Assembly (NCBI RefSeq): GCF_035084215.1
Contig: NC_090341.1
Coordinates: 55,180,001 to 55,244,000 of the forward strand
From: Heptranchias perlo
Taxonomy: Eukaryota
Reading direction: 5' to 3'
DNA length: 64,000 bases
The number at the start of each line of letters is the position of its first letter. Positions within the stretch are counted from its first letter, which is position 1. Both the position numbers and the translations under genes were made by a program. Below, piece by piece: positions 24,651 to 34,590 of the stretch. The notes below the pieces were generated by a model. That model saw nothing but the letters and a program-made list of their open reading frames with translations, was not told the origin of the DNA and made no database searches.

Positions 24651-25079
24651 TGGATTTTGGGACTATTTTCATTTAATACCCAGCTGGATTTTGGGACTAT
24701 TTTCATGTAATACCCAGCTGGATTTTGGGACTATTTTCGTGTAATACCCAGCTGGATTTTGGGACTATTTTCATGTAATACCCAGCTGGATTTTGGGACT
24801 ATTTTCGTGTAATACCCAGCTCGATTTTGGGACTATTTTCATGTAATACCCAGCTGGATTTTGGGACTATTTTCATGTAATACCCAGCTGGATTTTGGGA
24901 CTATTTTCATGTAATACCCAGCTGGATTTTGGGACTATTTTCATGTAATACCCAGCTGGATTTTAGGACTATTTTCATGTAATACCCAGCTGGATTTTAG
25001 GACTATTTTCATGTAATACCCAGCTGGATTTTGGGACTATTTTCGTGTAATACCCAGCTGGATTTTGGGACTATTTTCA
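24651..25079. repeat. Minisatellite, 34-bp unit x ~12.6
   Basis: Unit TGGATTTTGGGACTATTTTCATGTAATACCCAGC repeated head-to-tail with only single-base variants and no spacers. Confidence 0.97.
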
Positions 25080-25789
25080 CCATGTGAAATAGTGTGCATT
25101 ATATATGAAACATTTAATGTTTGGTACTTGATACATATGAACTTCTCATTTTAATTCTTGTTCATGTGAAAAGTAAGTCCTGTGGAAAGTGAAATTATGA
25201 ACTGCAGTTAGAAGATAAATATTTATACTGTGGTAAATACTGTTACAACATCAGCAGACATTAGCTGTACCTCCCCGCAGTGAATAGCAAGTTATAGTGC
25301 TAGGGTAACTCATAACTGACAGATTTTTCTAATCCAGCAAGATAGTTAAATTAGCAGCCTCCGCAGGTCTTAACCTACATCAATTAACAGCCTCTGCGGA
25401 TCCCACACACTCACCTGACCTATTGAGCAGTTTCCCATCCTCACTCTGCCTTCTCATGACAGTGAAAAAGCTAGTTTACTTTTTCTTTGTTGAAGTAGAC
25501 AAGCTGATAAACCTTTAGGGTGTAACCCCAACACTGACTTACTGATAACAACTAACCCAAACAGCAGGACAAATGTAGGGGTACAACGTAAACCCTCTCA
25601 TGCTCAATAGCAAAGTAAAATTACGTGATTTAATGTGAATAATGCTGTTTTATGATTATGACAATTTAATTTTATGACTTAATTAGATATCTGATCTCAA
25701 CTTAAGCATTAAATCTCCTCGATCATTCACTACAGTCTTACTGAAGCCTCTTCTGGATAGGACATTTTATGTATCTCATTGCAAGCAAT

Positions 25790-26700
25790 ATTGGATTGGG
25801 TAGGCAATGAGTTAGACCACTACCTTTTGACCTGGATTTGATTCCAGCACAATATAGTGAGATAAAAGGCACCTCTTTCTGCTGGATATAAGGGTCCTAA
25901 GTGGAATGTTTGGGCAGTTTCAGGATGGGATGCCACAGACTAAAAGTTTGGCACTAAACTTACAGGCTCCGAAGATTCACGGGCCTCAATCTTGGCGCTT
26001 ACGCCAGGATCCTGCCTGCCGGTGCCTTCCAGTGCTGAACCTACCTTGGGGTCAGTGGGAGGTCACTTAACTTGCATGCAGCAGGCAGGCGCAGAAGCCA
26101 CATGGACGCATCACTGGCACCCGCCAGCCCCGGCAGCTGGAACATCCAGCTCCTGCCAGAACACTGAACGCCCCCATGTAAGGGGATCAAGTCAGATTGT
26201 AACAGATCTGGGGGGTCCAGGCCGCTTCCCTGACCTGGACCCTCTGGTGTGGCCCACGTGTCCATCTAGAGACTTGCACACCTCATTTCTGTCAGCATAC
26301 ATACTAGCCTCCAGTCCTAAGTTGGGCCCCAACTAAGCCAAGGAAGTAGGATCTCCCAGCATAGGGAGACTCCATCCTCTGCCCCCTGATGTCACTGGCC
26401 TTATAAGTGGCGGGCAGAGGTTCCACCCTTTACAAGCCCTCTTAGGATATTCGAGAATCAAGGAGGACACGGCCCAACCAGGTCCATGCTGTTTTCCAGT
26501 GAGTTCTGGTGGAATCCAGCGGAACCCCCCCCACCCCACCCCGAACAGAAATTCAGGGCCACAGTCTCTCACAAAAAGTCCAATTCCCACTGCACCAAGC
26601 AACAAAATGCCCATTCCAGTCATGTGTTGAGCTTAACCAAATGAAGGCGTTATGGTCAGAATTATAGCAAATGTAAAGCTGACAAGTACAGCTGTAACTC
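25790..26700 (+). mobile_element. LF-SINE-like tRNA-derived SINE interrupted by a MITE
   Basis: cctggatttgattccagc head, ctgctgg..taagggtcctaagtggaatg and ggcactaaact..cagtctc blocks. Related copies lie at 32335-32665 and 44620-44970. The family assignment is from recalled consensus only. Confidence 0.45.
25965..26560. mobile_element. Putative Harbinger-type MITE with 3-bp TSD (ACA)
   Basis: aca|ggctccgaagattc...gaaattcagggcc|aca. Ends are imperfect inverted repeats, the interior is GC-rich, and removal rejoins the SINE. Confidence 0.5.
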
Positions 26701-27014
26701 GTGAAATCACACTTGTCAATTGCAGAGTTCACTATTTCTCACAACAGCAACAGTAGATGACGAGGTGCTTCTCCCTGGCGGATGTATTTTTCAAGCTGAA
26801 AGGCATGACTGTAAACTTGCACAACCTTAACGACAAGGCAAATGTTGAGCACATGTGGTCAAATTGAGCAGCCCCTAGCTTCTCAAGGGTCTCTTTGGTT
26901 CCTCCTTGAATGTTTGCACTGCTCCTTTGCAGCCTAAGCATTTCTAATTGGTAGGCACATTCTTTGCTGCTTTCCTCCACAGTTCAGATGAGCGCATTCT
27001 AGCACTCAATTGCC

Positions 27015-27235
27015 ATCTTTAATTATTTGTTCTTAGTATGTAGGCGAAGCTGGCAAGGCTGTATTTATTGATGACCCCTAGTTGCCCCAAGAAGGCCTTC
27101 TCCTTGAATTGCTGCAGTCCTTTTACTGATGGTGCTCCCATAATGGTGTTAGATAGGGAATTCCAGGATGCTGACCAGGAACAATGAAGGCACGGCAACA
27201 TATGTCCAAGTCAGGATGGTGTGTGACTTGGAGAG
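27015..27235 (-). mobile_element. 3' fragment of the CR1-group LINE family at 8385-9580
   Basis: Clear similarity to 8390-8605 (gtcaggatggtgtgtgacttggag; gctgcagtcc). Confidence 0.8.
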
Positions 27236-28144
27236 GAGGTGAGCCCTGATAAATTGGAACAATTGATCAAAAACTAAGCTTACATTTGTCCACTGCCCCC
27301 GCCCCCTCACTCACCCTGGACATACTCCACTAGGGCAAATATAGTTGAATTCTATATGTTAACCACATTACTGATTGCTGCAACTGTTGATTGAAAAAAC
27401 GTGATAGGGTTAGTCCAGCAATCACAAGACTGGCTAATGAAAATCAGAACTTCAGTCACTGGTGATGAAAAATATACCTCTGAAACTGTTCATTCAGGTT
27501 AGGTAGACACAACATTGAGATATCACCATATTTCACTGATGCAGAATGGCTAATGACCTCCTCAAAAGGGATAGAGATCCTCTATCACATTACCAGGTAT
27601 CAACAATTTCAAAGTTTATTAAACTTCCAAAAGGTATTGTTTAATATATGGTGCTTTGTTTAGATTAAAAGGTATAGGACAAGAGAATTCAAGCCCACTC
27701 CTTACAGCGAGCGACATACAATTTGTTCCATTGTAGACTCTCACTGACTTATTTGTCATTAGGGTAAATGACTACGAAACAACTTGTACAACAATCTCAT
27801 ATCAGGACCCCTTAAAAAATTTAAATAATTATGATTAACTTTTTTTTGTTTTGTTCAGTCAATTTTTGCCTTAACTTTTTTTTAAAAAAGGAATTTTTGT
27901 GCTCATTAGAGGTGAGGGATCTTACAGCTGGGGAAAGGAATCCTTTCCATTTCAGACACCCAGAATCTGCTTGAATAGTAAGGGCCCGATTTTACCAGGG
28001 GTGCGGGTTGGCAGCGGGTGATCAGGCGGGCTCGAGGAAAACGCGCCGGCCAAATTGAGTGCGTTGCGCACGCGATCGCGGGATGATTGATGTAATTAGC
28101 CGGCAGTTACGGGTTCCGCGCTTCTCAGCTGCGTGCCGGCGGCC

Positions 28145-28190
28145 TGCGCATGCGCATTGACGTCTGAGCGATGGTTGCGCTCTATTTAAA
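28145..28190 (+). promoter_or_regulatory. Putative promoter of the Myb/SANT gene: NRF1 palindrome, CRE-like site and TATA-like box
   Basis: TGCGCATGCGCA (28145-28156), TGACGTCT (28158-28165) and TATTTAAA (28183-28190), about 50 bp upstream of the ATG at 28240, in CpG-rich sequence. Confidence 0.55.
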
Positions 28191-28239
28191 GGGGCAGTCC
28201 ACCAAAGCCCCTCCAGCCACAAACTACACTCCATCAAGG

Positions 28240-30110
28240 ATGGAGGAGCACAGGGGTAAGGCTGCTCCCCGTTTCACGGACCACGCCCTCCAGGTGCTGC
28301 TGGACGGGGTCCGCATGAGGAGGGAGACGCTGTTCCCCACGGATGGAAGGAGGTGCCCTGCCAGCGCCACCAAGAGGGCATGGGAGGAGGTGGCCGCAGA
28401 GGTCACAAGCAGGGGAAACACCACCCGCACTTGGATTCAGTGCCGCAAGAGATTCAATGACCTCACCAGGTCTGGAAAAGTGAGTACACTAACGCACTCT
28501 GCGTCACTCCGTCTTCCACATCACCTCAACCACCTCACAACCCCATCTCCACTGACAGCACTGCGCTCCCGCACCAATCCTCACAGCCACCCAACTATCA
28601 GCCTCACAGTGCCTGCACGTACCCACCGTCCCTGTCCCCACTCGACCACTACCACACACCCCAATGCCCATACAATGGGATGGCCATGTGGCACACGCAT
28701 CCTCCCATCCATCTGCCACACGCTCAACCCACTCACACCAATGCTTGAAGCGTCTCACATTGTAATCATCACTCAATAACGTTTTTGTGTTTTGCCCTCA
28801 CAGGAGAAGAGGGCCAGGAACGCACGCGATAGGGCATGCACCGGAGGGGGCCCGCCACACGAGGTGGCCCTGACAGACGCCGAGGTCGAGGCACTGGAGA
28901 TCAGCCGCACGCTGCATTGCCTGTCGATGGCGGATGGCGAGTCTGGTTCTGGCGAAACGGCCGGTAAGGGAAAGCTGGCACTCATCACTCATGATCGTGA
29001 ATGATCTTAGCATCACATGGCATATGCCGCACCGCCACATTTGGTCACATGCCTGATATTGCCCTCTGTTCTCTTGCAGGACCGTCTGCGATCGACGTCT
29101 CGGTTGAGAGCGATTCCTCAGAGGACATGCCCGTCTCGGAGGGTGCATCGTCACACATGAGCCTTGCATCCACCAGCGCAGATACACACACCTCGGTGGG
29201 TCCCCCCCCTCAGCTAGTTGGGATTGCACATGGTGAGTCACCGCGCACACGTGAGCATGAGCAGACCCTGGTGGCAGGGTCAGCCGCGGAGGGTCCGCGT
29301 CGGTGGGAGCACTCTTCTCCAGGCTTTGCTCAGCCGGACCCAGATGCTGAACCCAGGGGGCCACCTGTCAAAAGGAGAGTCGTCGAGGGGCACCAGAACA
29401 TTGCTGAGGTACTGGGAGAGGTGCCACACGCACTCTCCACAATCGCACGGAGGATGGAGGAGTCCAACTCCTGCATGAGGGGAATGGTGGCACAGGTGCA
29501 GGAGGGTATCGCCAAGATAGTGTCGCAAGGACGTGAAGGCATCTCTGAGATAGTGTCGCGGGTAGGTGTGGGAACGTCTGCGGTGGAGGACAGGCTAGCC
29601 TCCCTCGAGCGTCACGCACAGCTCACCAATGAGTCCATCCAGGCCCTCACAACGGCTGTTCGGATTCAGGGTGAACAACATTCTGCCGCCATCAACAGGT
29701 TGACAGATACATTGGAGGTGGCCTTGCAAGGTCTCACCCACGTCATCCAAACTGCCGTCCAGCAGGGTGGAAGGGGTGATGTGGGCCTTGGCCATGAGAG
29801 GGAAGATGGTGAACGGGGAAATGGAAGTGTGGACACTACTCAAGGCGCCCCCAAGTCTCACCCGTTGCCCCCCTCTCAACCAGTGCCCGCAATAGTCCAT
29901 CCTCTCCAGGTGGCTGAGTCTGCCCCTGCACAGGTGCAGGAGGAGCAGTCTGTGGAGGTGCCCTCACGGGCACCGAAACCCAGGGGGTGTCGGCCCAAAG
30001 CATCTACCCGGTCAGGGCACGAACAGGAGCAACCTGCCACCACCTCTGCTGGAGCCACAGGGGTAGCACCACGTAGGGGGTCCCGAAAACGAACGCCTAA
30101 AGTTCCGTGA
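28240..30110 (+). CDS. Harbinger Myb/SANT-like DNA-binding protein, spliced: 28240-28479, 28804-28963, 29080-30110 (~476 aa)
   Basis: Exon 1 encodes MEEHRGKAAPRFTDHALQVLLDGV...AWEEVAAEV...RTWIQCRKRFNDLTRSGK (Myb/SANT-like, NAIF1/MSANTD type). GT-AG junctions aaa|gtgagt, ccctcacag|gag, ccg|gtaagg and ctcttgcag|ga have phases 0 and 1 and keep the frame open. Basic C-terminus PRRGSRKR; AATAAA at 30183. Confidence 0.88.
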
Positions 30111-30410
30111 GCACACAGGGATTGCACCAGGGTGTTTGTCTATTTGGTTTTTTTTATTTCCACTCTTTGAATGTCACCACAAAATAAACTCACTTTTTCT
30201 CACCAATGCTGCCACCTCTTGTCCATAATTCTGCGGCTTGTGCAATATGTCCCTTCCGTGCGCCTCATCATGACGACGACCACCCCGTCCCACCCATTGG
30301 GCATAATGCAGTAGGTGCAGGTGTACAGGCACCACTCTTCTGTGGAGGGAGCCTGTATGGACCCTCGTCTGTGCACGTTATGACATGTGAACGCCTCACA
30401 CAGTGTGATG

Positions 30411-31640
30411 TTAGGAGAACCGTTGGCATATGAGTGCCTCCCTGGCCTGACGAGCACGCAGGTGAGCCGGTGTTCGGCGCATGGGTCGTTCCTCCTCCTC
30501 TCCCTCTTCCTCCTCCTCCACCTCCACCTCCTCCTCATTGTCGTCCTCAATGTGGGTGGCGGGTGTGCATGGGGCCTCCTCCAGCGGCACCCCTCTCTGT
30601 AGTGCCATGTTATGCAGGGCACAGCAGACAACTATAATTCGTCCCACTCTGAATGGCGTGTATTGGAGTGCTCCCCCGGAACGATCAAGGCACCTGAAGC
30701 GCATCTTGAGCAGCCCTATAGCCTGCTCAATTGTAGACCTGGTAGCAATGTGGCTGTCATTATACCGATGCTGTGGCTCGGTAATGGGGTTCCTCAGAGG
30801 TGTCATAAGCCACGTGTGCAGGGGATATCCCTTGTCGCCGAGGAGCCAGCCGTTGCCGGCGTTGGGTGCATGGAAGAGGGGCGGGACGGTGGACTCCCTG
30901 AGGACGAAGGCATCGTGGCAGCTGCCAGGGTATCTGGCGCACACGTGTAGGAATCTCTGGCCATGGTCACAAATGAGCTGGGCGTTCATGGAGTGATACC
31001 CTTTCCTGTTGATAAACAGCCCTGGCTCATGTGGAGGTGCCCGTATTGCTATGTGGGTGCAATCGATTACACCCTGCACCCGTGGGAAGCCAGCCACAGC
31101 ATGGAATCCAACCGCTCTCTCCGTCTGGCTGCGCTCATCCATGGCGAAGTTGATGTAGGTCGAGGCCCTGCGGAACAACCCATCGGTGACCTGCCTTATG
31201 CACTTGTGTGCAGACGACTGACAGACCCCGGTGATGTCCCCCGTGGCACCCTGGAAGGATCCGGAGGCGAAGAAGTTGAGGGCAGTGGTGACTTTGACGG
31301 CGACGGGTAAGAAGATGCTGCTTGGTCCATCCGGGAGCAGCTCGTCATTGAGGAGGCTGCAGATGTCGGCGACTACCTGGCGAGTGACTCTGAGCCTCCG
31401 TATGCACTGCTGCTCAGAGAGGTCCATGAAGCTGAGCCTCGGTCTGTAGACCCTGTGCGGAGGGTAGTGCCTCCTGCGACGCATCTCTCTCTGCGGATGC
31501 CCTCCATCCTGCTGTGCAGGTGGATGTGCCGCAGCACCGTGTTGTGGGGATGCACGTCTCTGAGGCGGACGGCGTGGACTGCGAGGCTGCTGAGGCTGGT
31601 CATGCTGTTCGTCCTCCGAGGATGTCAACGCAGCACCCAT
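30411..31640 (-). CDS. Harbinger DDE transposase (HARBI1-like, DDE_Tnp_4 type), 409 aa, intact
   Basis: Uninterrupted ORF with LPVAVKVTTALNFFASGSFQ (HTH), GVIDCTH, NRKGYHSMNAQLICD, PGSCHDAFVL, LLGDKGYP, TIEQAIGLLKMRFRCL and CCALHN, plus an acidic C-terminal tract. Confidence 0.95.
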   Translation of the reverse strand: MGAALTSSEDEQHDQPQQPRSPRRPPQRRASPQHGAAAHPPAQQDGGHPQREMRRRRHYPPHRVYRPRLSFMDLSEQQCIRRLRVTRQVVADICSLLNDELLPDGPSSIFLPVAVKVTTALNFFASGSFQGATGDITGVCQSSAHKCIRQVTDGLFRRASTYINFAMDERSQTERAVGFHAVAGFPRVQGVIDCTHIAIRAPPHEPGLFINRKGYHSMNAQLICDHGQRFLHVCARYPGSCHDAFVLRESTVPPLFHAPNAGNGWLLGDKGYPLHTWLMTPLRNPITEPQHRYNDSHIATRSTIEQAIGLLKMRFRCLDRSGGALQYTPFRVGRIIVVCCALHNMALQRGVPLEEAPCTPATHIEDDNEEEVEVEEEEEGEEEERPMRRTPAHLRARQAREALICQRFS

Positions 31641-32039
31641 CTGGCAGGTTTAGGTTTGCGGGGTTGTGCACGCTAGAAAAGTGTGTCCTCGCACAGGGGT
31701 TGGACTTCCACGCCGGTGAATCTTCTTGCTTGGAGGAGGGTGGTGGAGGGCAGGCGTTGCCCAATGTTACGGAGTGTCCTCCTGCGTTGGTGAAGGCTCT
31801 CCCCCCCACCTGTGGAATGCACCTTGGCAGCTGCCACAGGCTGCTGGCTGCAACACGTCCGTTGGGAGTGAGAGTGTTTCCCCCAGTATGGGAAACAGTC
31901 TCATTTCACCGTAAAATCCCACACCTGTTAAATAAACAGCTCAATCAGGTCATTTAATGACCTGAAATACCAAGATAAATACACTCAAGTGGAACCCCGC
32001 TGGCTTTAATTGCCTGCGGGATTCCCACCAACGGGGCCA

Positions 32040-32090
32040 ACGCACGCACCCCCGCACGTCAGCGCGCAACCCGGAAGTGGGCGGGATCGA
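32040..32090 (-). promoter_or_regulatory. CpG-rich right terminus with CRE-like, ETS and GC-box motifs (candidate transposase promoter)
   Basis: gcacgtca, CCGGAAGTG (32071-32079) and gggcggg, upstream of the minus-strand transposase. Confidence 0.4.
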
Positions 32091-32182
32091 GGCCCGATCT
32101 GGTCCCGCTCCTCGAAACTGGGATTTTAGAGGCCCCCCCGCCGAGAACGCACCCGGGACCGGGTGCTAAAATCGGGCCCTAA

Positions 32183-32330
32183 GAGTCTAAATGGGGTAGA
32201 GGAGCAAAGGGATCTGGGGGAAAGTGGAGTTGAGGTCGAAGATCAGCCATGATCTTATTGAATGGCGGAGCAGGCTCGAGGGGCCGGACGGCCTACTCCT
32301 GCTCCTATTTCTTATGTTCTTATGTTCTAT
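32183..32330 (+). mobile_element. CR1 fragment (target of the Harbinger insertion) with 3' tail
   Basis: gagtctaaatggggtagaggagcaaagggatctgggg continues the left flank ttgaatagtaa. A CR1 3' UTR with a tcttatgttcttatgttctat tail follows. Confidence 0.8.
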
Positions 32331-32334
32331 GAAT

Positions 32335-32665
32335 CATCATCAGGTACTCTCAGATCAGATACTGCACAGTTGGACGCAGAGGAGAGCTCCACTCTAGCCC
32401 AATGAGACTCAAATTCAGAAGAGAACTCCTCGGCATCAGGTAGGATATTTTCCCATTTCCTACACCGACCATCCTGTGACATTTCTGGGTGAGATTACCA
32501 ATTTGCTGCTGAACTCGGAGTGGTTTTGTGCACAGCAACTGGATTGAAATTGTACAAACGCATTTCACATTGGACCCTACAACCAGCAGCTAGAAGAGAT
32601 TTTCATCCCATCGGTCTGAGTTGGATTTGGATCCAGAGGTACAAGCACAGTGTCTGCAACAGCCA
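32335..32665 (-). mobile_element. LF-SINE-like SINE copy
   Basis: Reverse complement has the ccaaatccaactcagaccgatgggatgaaa..ctgctggttgtagggtccaatgtgaaatg blocks shared with 25830-25920. Confidence 0.5.
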
Positions 32666-33249
32666 TCCCGCCCCATTTTGAAAACATTTTTGTTTAACAG
32701 TGCATGCTGGTGACAGAATTAAAGAAACTGTCTTGAAAGGGTTACTGAATTTAACAGTGTGAGGGAACTAGATTAACACACAGTTGATGCACATCTAAAT
32801 GATGTTATGTTACATCAAACGCTACCTGAGTCTGGCTCACAAATCCTTCCAAATCAGTACCTCCTCATCATGTGATTGTCACTCATTATTTAAACAAAAA
32901 ATAGTTGGCCAAAGTTGACTCTAGTGAACAGAGACGAGAATGTCGTTCATAATTCATAAGTTATTGATAATTATTCTTTTTTGAGAAAGGCATTGCAATG
33001 ATAACTATTTCTAACTTTAATATCAGAATATTAAATTTTATCTGACATTCAAATGTAATTAAGCAGAAGCTGAAGATATTAATCTAATGTTCCAATCTGA
33101 ACAATTTGACTCCGATCACCTGCAATTCCATGATTCCAGCAGCACAGAAACCATGGTATTTCATTGGGTATTTAATCCTCAATTGTCTAGTTACCTAGAC
33201 CCTTCAATCCTATACTTAACCAGAACTCATCCAGCTTCTTGAAAATATA

Positions 33250-33870
33250 ATAACTGTGACACTGAATATAACTCAGTATCCCTACTTGTCAAAGCTCACA
33301 GAAACCATAATGAGCAAGAGCCTATCCCCCTGCCAATTTGGTTTCAAAGAAAATCTATCAACTTGTACCGCTCAACCTCACCAATCCAGAAGTGAAATAA
33401 CCCTCAATACCCAACACCAATATCAAGCAGTAATTATTAACATTTCTGGAACCTATGGATGGAGGATGACATCACAGCTACATTGAGAAATTGGCCACTT
33501 GTGGGAGACTGGAACCGGGTACACAACTTTCTCAAATAGAAGTACTAGGTCCTGATAAATGAGATATCCTCATCCACCTACAGAGGAGTTTCTCAGGAAA
33601 GAATGATTGGGGCAAACAAGTGGGAATCTTACAGAAAACTATGTCACAGTTGGCAAATTCAATGTTCTATAAAGGACTACGTCTGTCTAGTGATGGAATA
33701 TTGTCGCCCTATTTGGCAGACTGTAGAGAAAAGCTATTTCTTGTTCTTGGACTCTGTACAGAAAACCATGCAGATCTGTAGACTTGGTAAGGGCATCATG
33801 CCAGAAGATGCCTCCTGTACAACAATGAAGAACCATGACCAGGCTGTCACAAGATGATGACTGCAGCAAT
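33250..33870 (+). mobile_element. Ancient LINE RT remnant
   Basis: SPCQFGFKENLSTC (QFGFR..ST-like) and LVMEYCRPIWQ...LDSVQK fragments. Confidence 0.55.
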
Positions 33871-34234
33871 ACCACGAGGGGAGTTAGTGTTCAAGTCAGA
33901 TGCCTGTGCTTATATCAGAAACACCGCAATCCAAAAGTCTACATAGCTTGGTTGCACACCACATCATCTGCCTGTAGGAACACCTAAAAATCTGCCCCAA
34001 ACACAGTTAGTTATTACCTGTTGAGCTTCCCTTGCAGCGCATGCGTCAGGCTGTAGGAATTCTACTTCTTGGTGGTACCTTAGTACAAGTTCCCCAAATT
34101 TTCTCTTCCAGCAAACACCAGGGTCAATTTGAGACATCTATCAAAAATATCTACTACTCTGAGGAAAGAAATTCTATTGATCTCCAGCCTCATCTAAGGC
34201 CTACCAGATAGATTAGCATATCCAGCAATCAAAC

Positions 34235-34590
34235 ATAGTGCAGTACTGAGGGAGTGTTGCATTGTCAGAGGTGCCGTCTTTTCGATGACATTAAATACAA
34301 AGGCCTGTACTGGTGGATGTAAAAGATCCCTTGGTATTATTCGAAGAACAGGGTATTCGCCTGGTGTCTTGCCCAGCATTCGCCCCTCAACCAATACCAC
34401 CAAATCAGATGAACTGGTCATTTATTTCATTTTTGATTTGTGGGCCCTTGCGTTGTGAAAAATTAGCTGTTACAGTTCCCCCCAAAAGAACAGTGACTAC
34501 ACCTCAAAAGTAATTAATTGGCTGTTGAAGTGCTTTGGTATGTTGTATGGACAACAAAGATGCTACATCAAAGCAAGTTCATTCTTTGTT
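34235..34590 (+). mobile_element. Deu-type SINE (SacSINE1-like)
   Basis: gcagtactgagggagtgttgcattgtcagaggtgccgtctttt...gtggatgtaaaagatccc...cagtgactacacctcaaaagtaattaattggctg. Homologous to 52250-52670. Confidence 0.75.

Larger units (their letters stand above)
27982..32179. mobile_element. Intact autonomous PIF/Harbinger DNA transposon (4198 bp)
   Basis: Perfect 13-bp TIRs GGGCCCGATTTTA (27982-27994) and TAAAATCGGGCCC (32167-32179). TAA TSD at 27979-27981 and 32180-32182. Two convergent intact genes. Confidence 0.96.

Noticed and set aside
24651-25079. CRISPR array
   Set aside because: Units are contiguous with no unique spacers, there are no cas genes, and the context is vertebrate. It is a minisatellite.
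26732-27010. Next TEX264 exon (a CAH tripeptide is present on the minus strand)
   Set aside because: The surrounding residues do not match and the frame stops quickly.
30411-31640. Domesticated host HARBI1 gene
   Set aside because: It is flanked by TIRs and a TAA TSD, paired with a Myb/SANT gene, and inserted in a CR1 fragment, so it is a transposon copy.
30481-31957. Plus-strand ORFs overlapping the transposase (e.g. 30481-30996, 31514-31957)
   Set aside because: These are antisense shadow ORFs of GC-rich coding sequence. The same applies to most short ORFs overlapping LINEs in the track.
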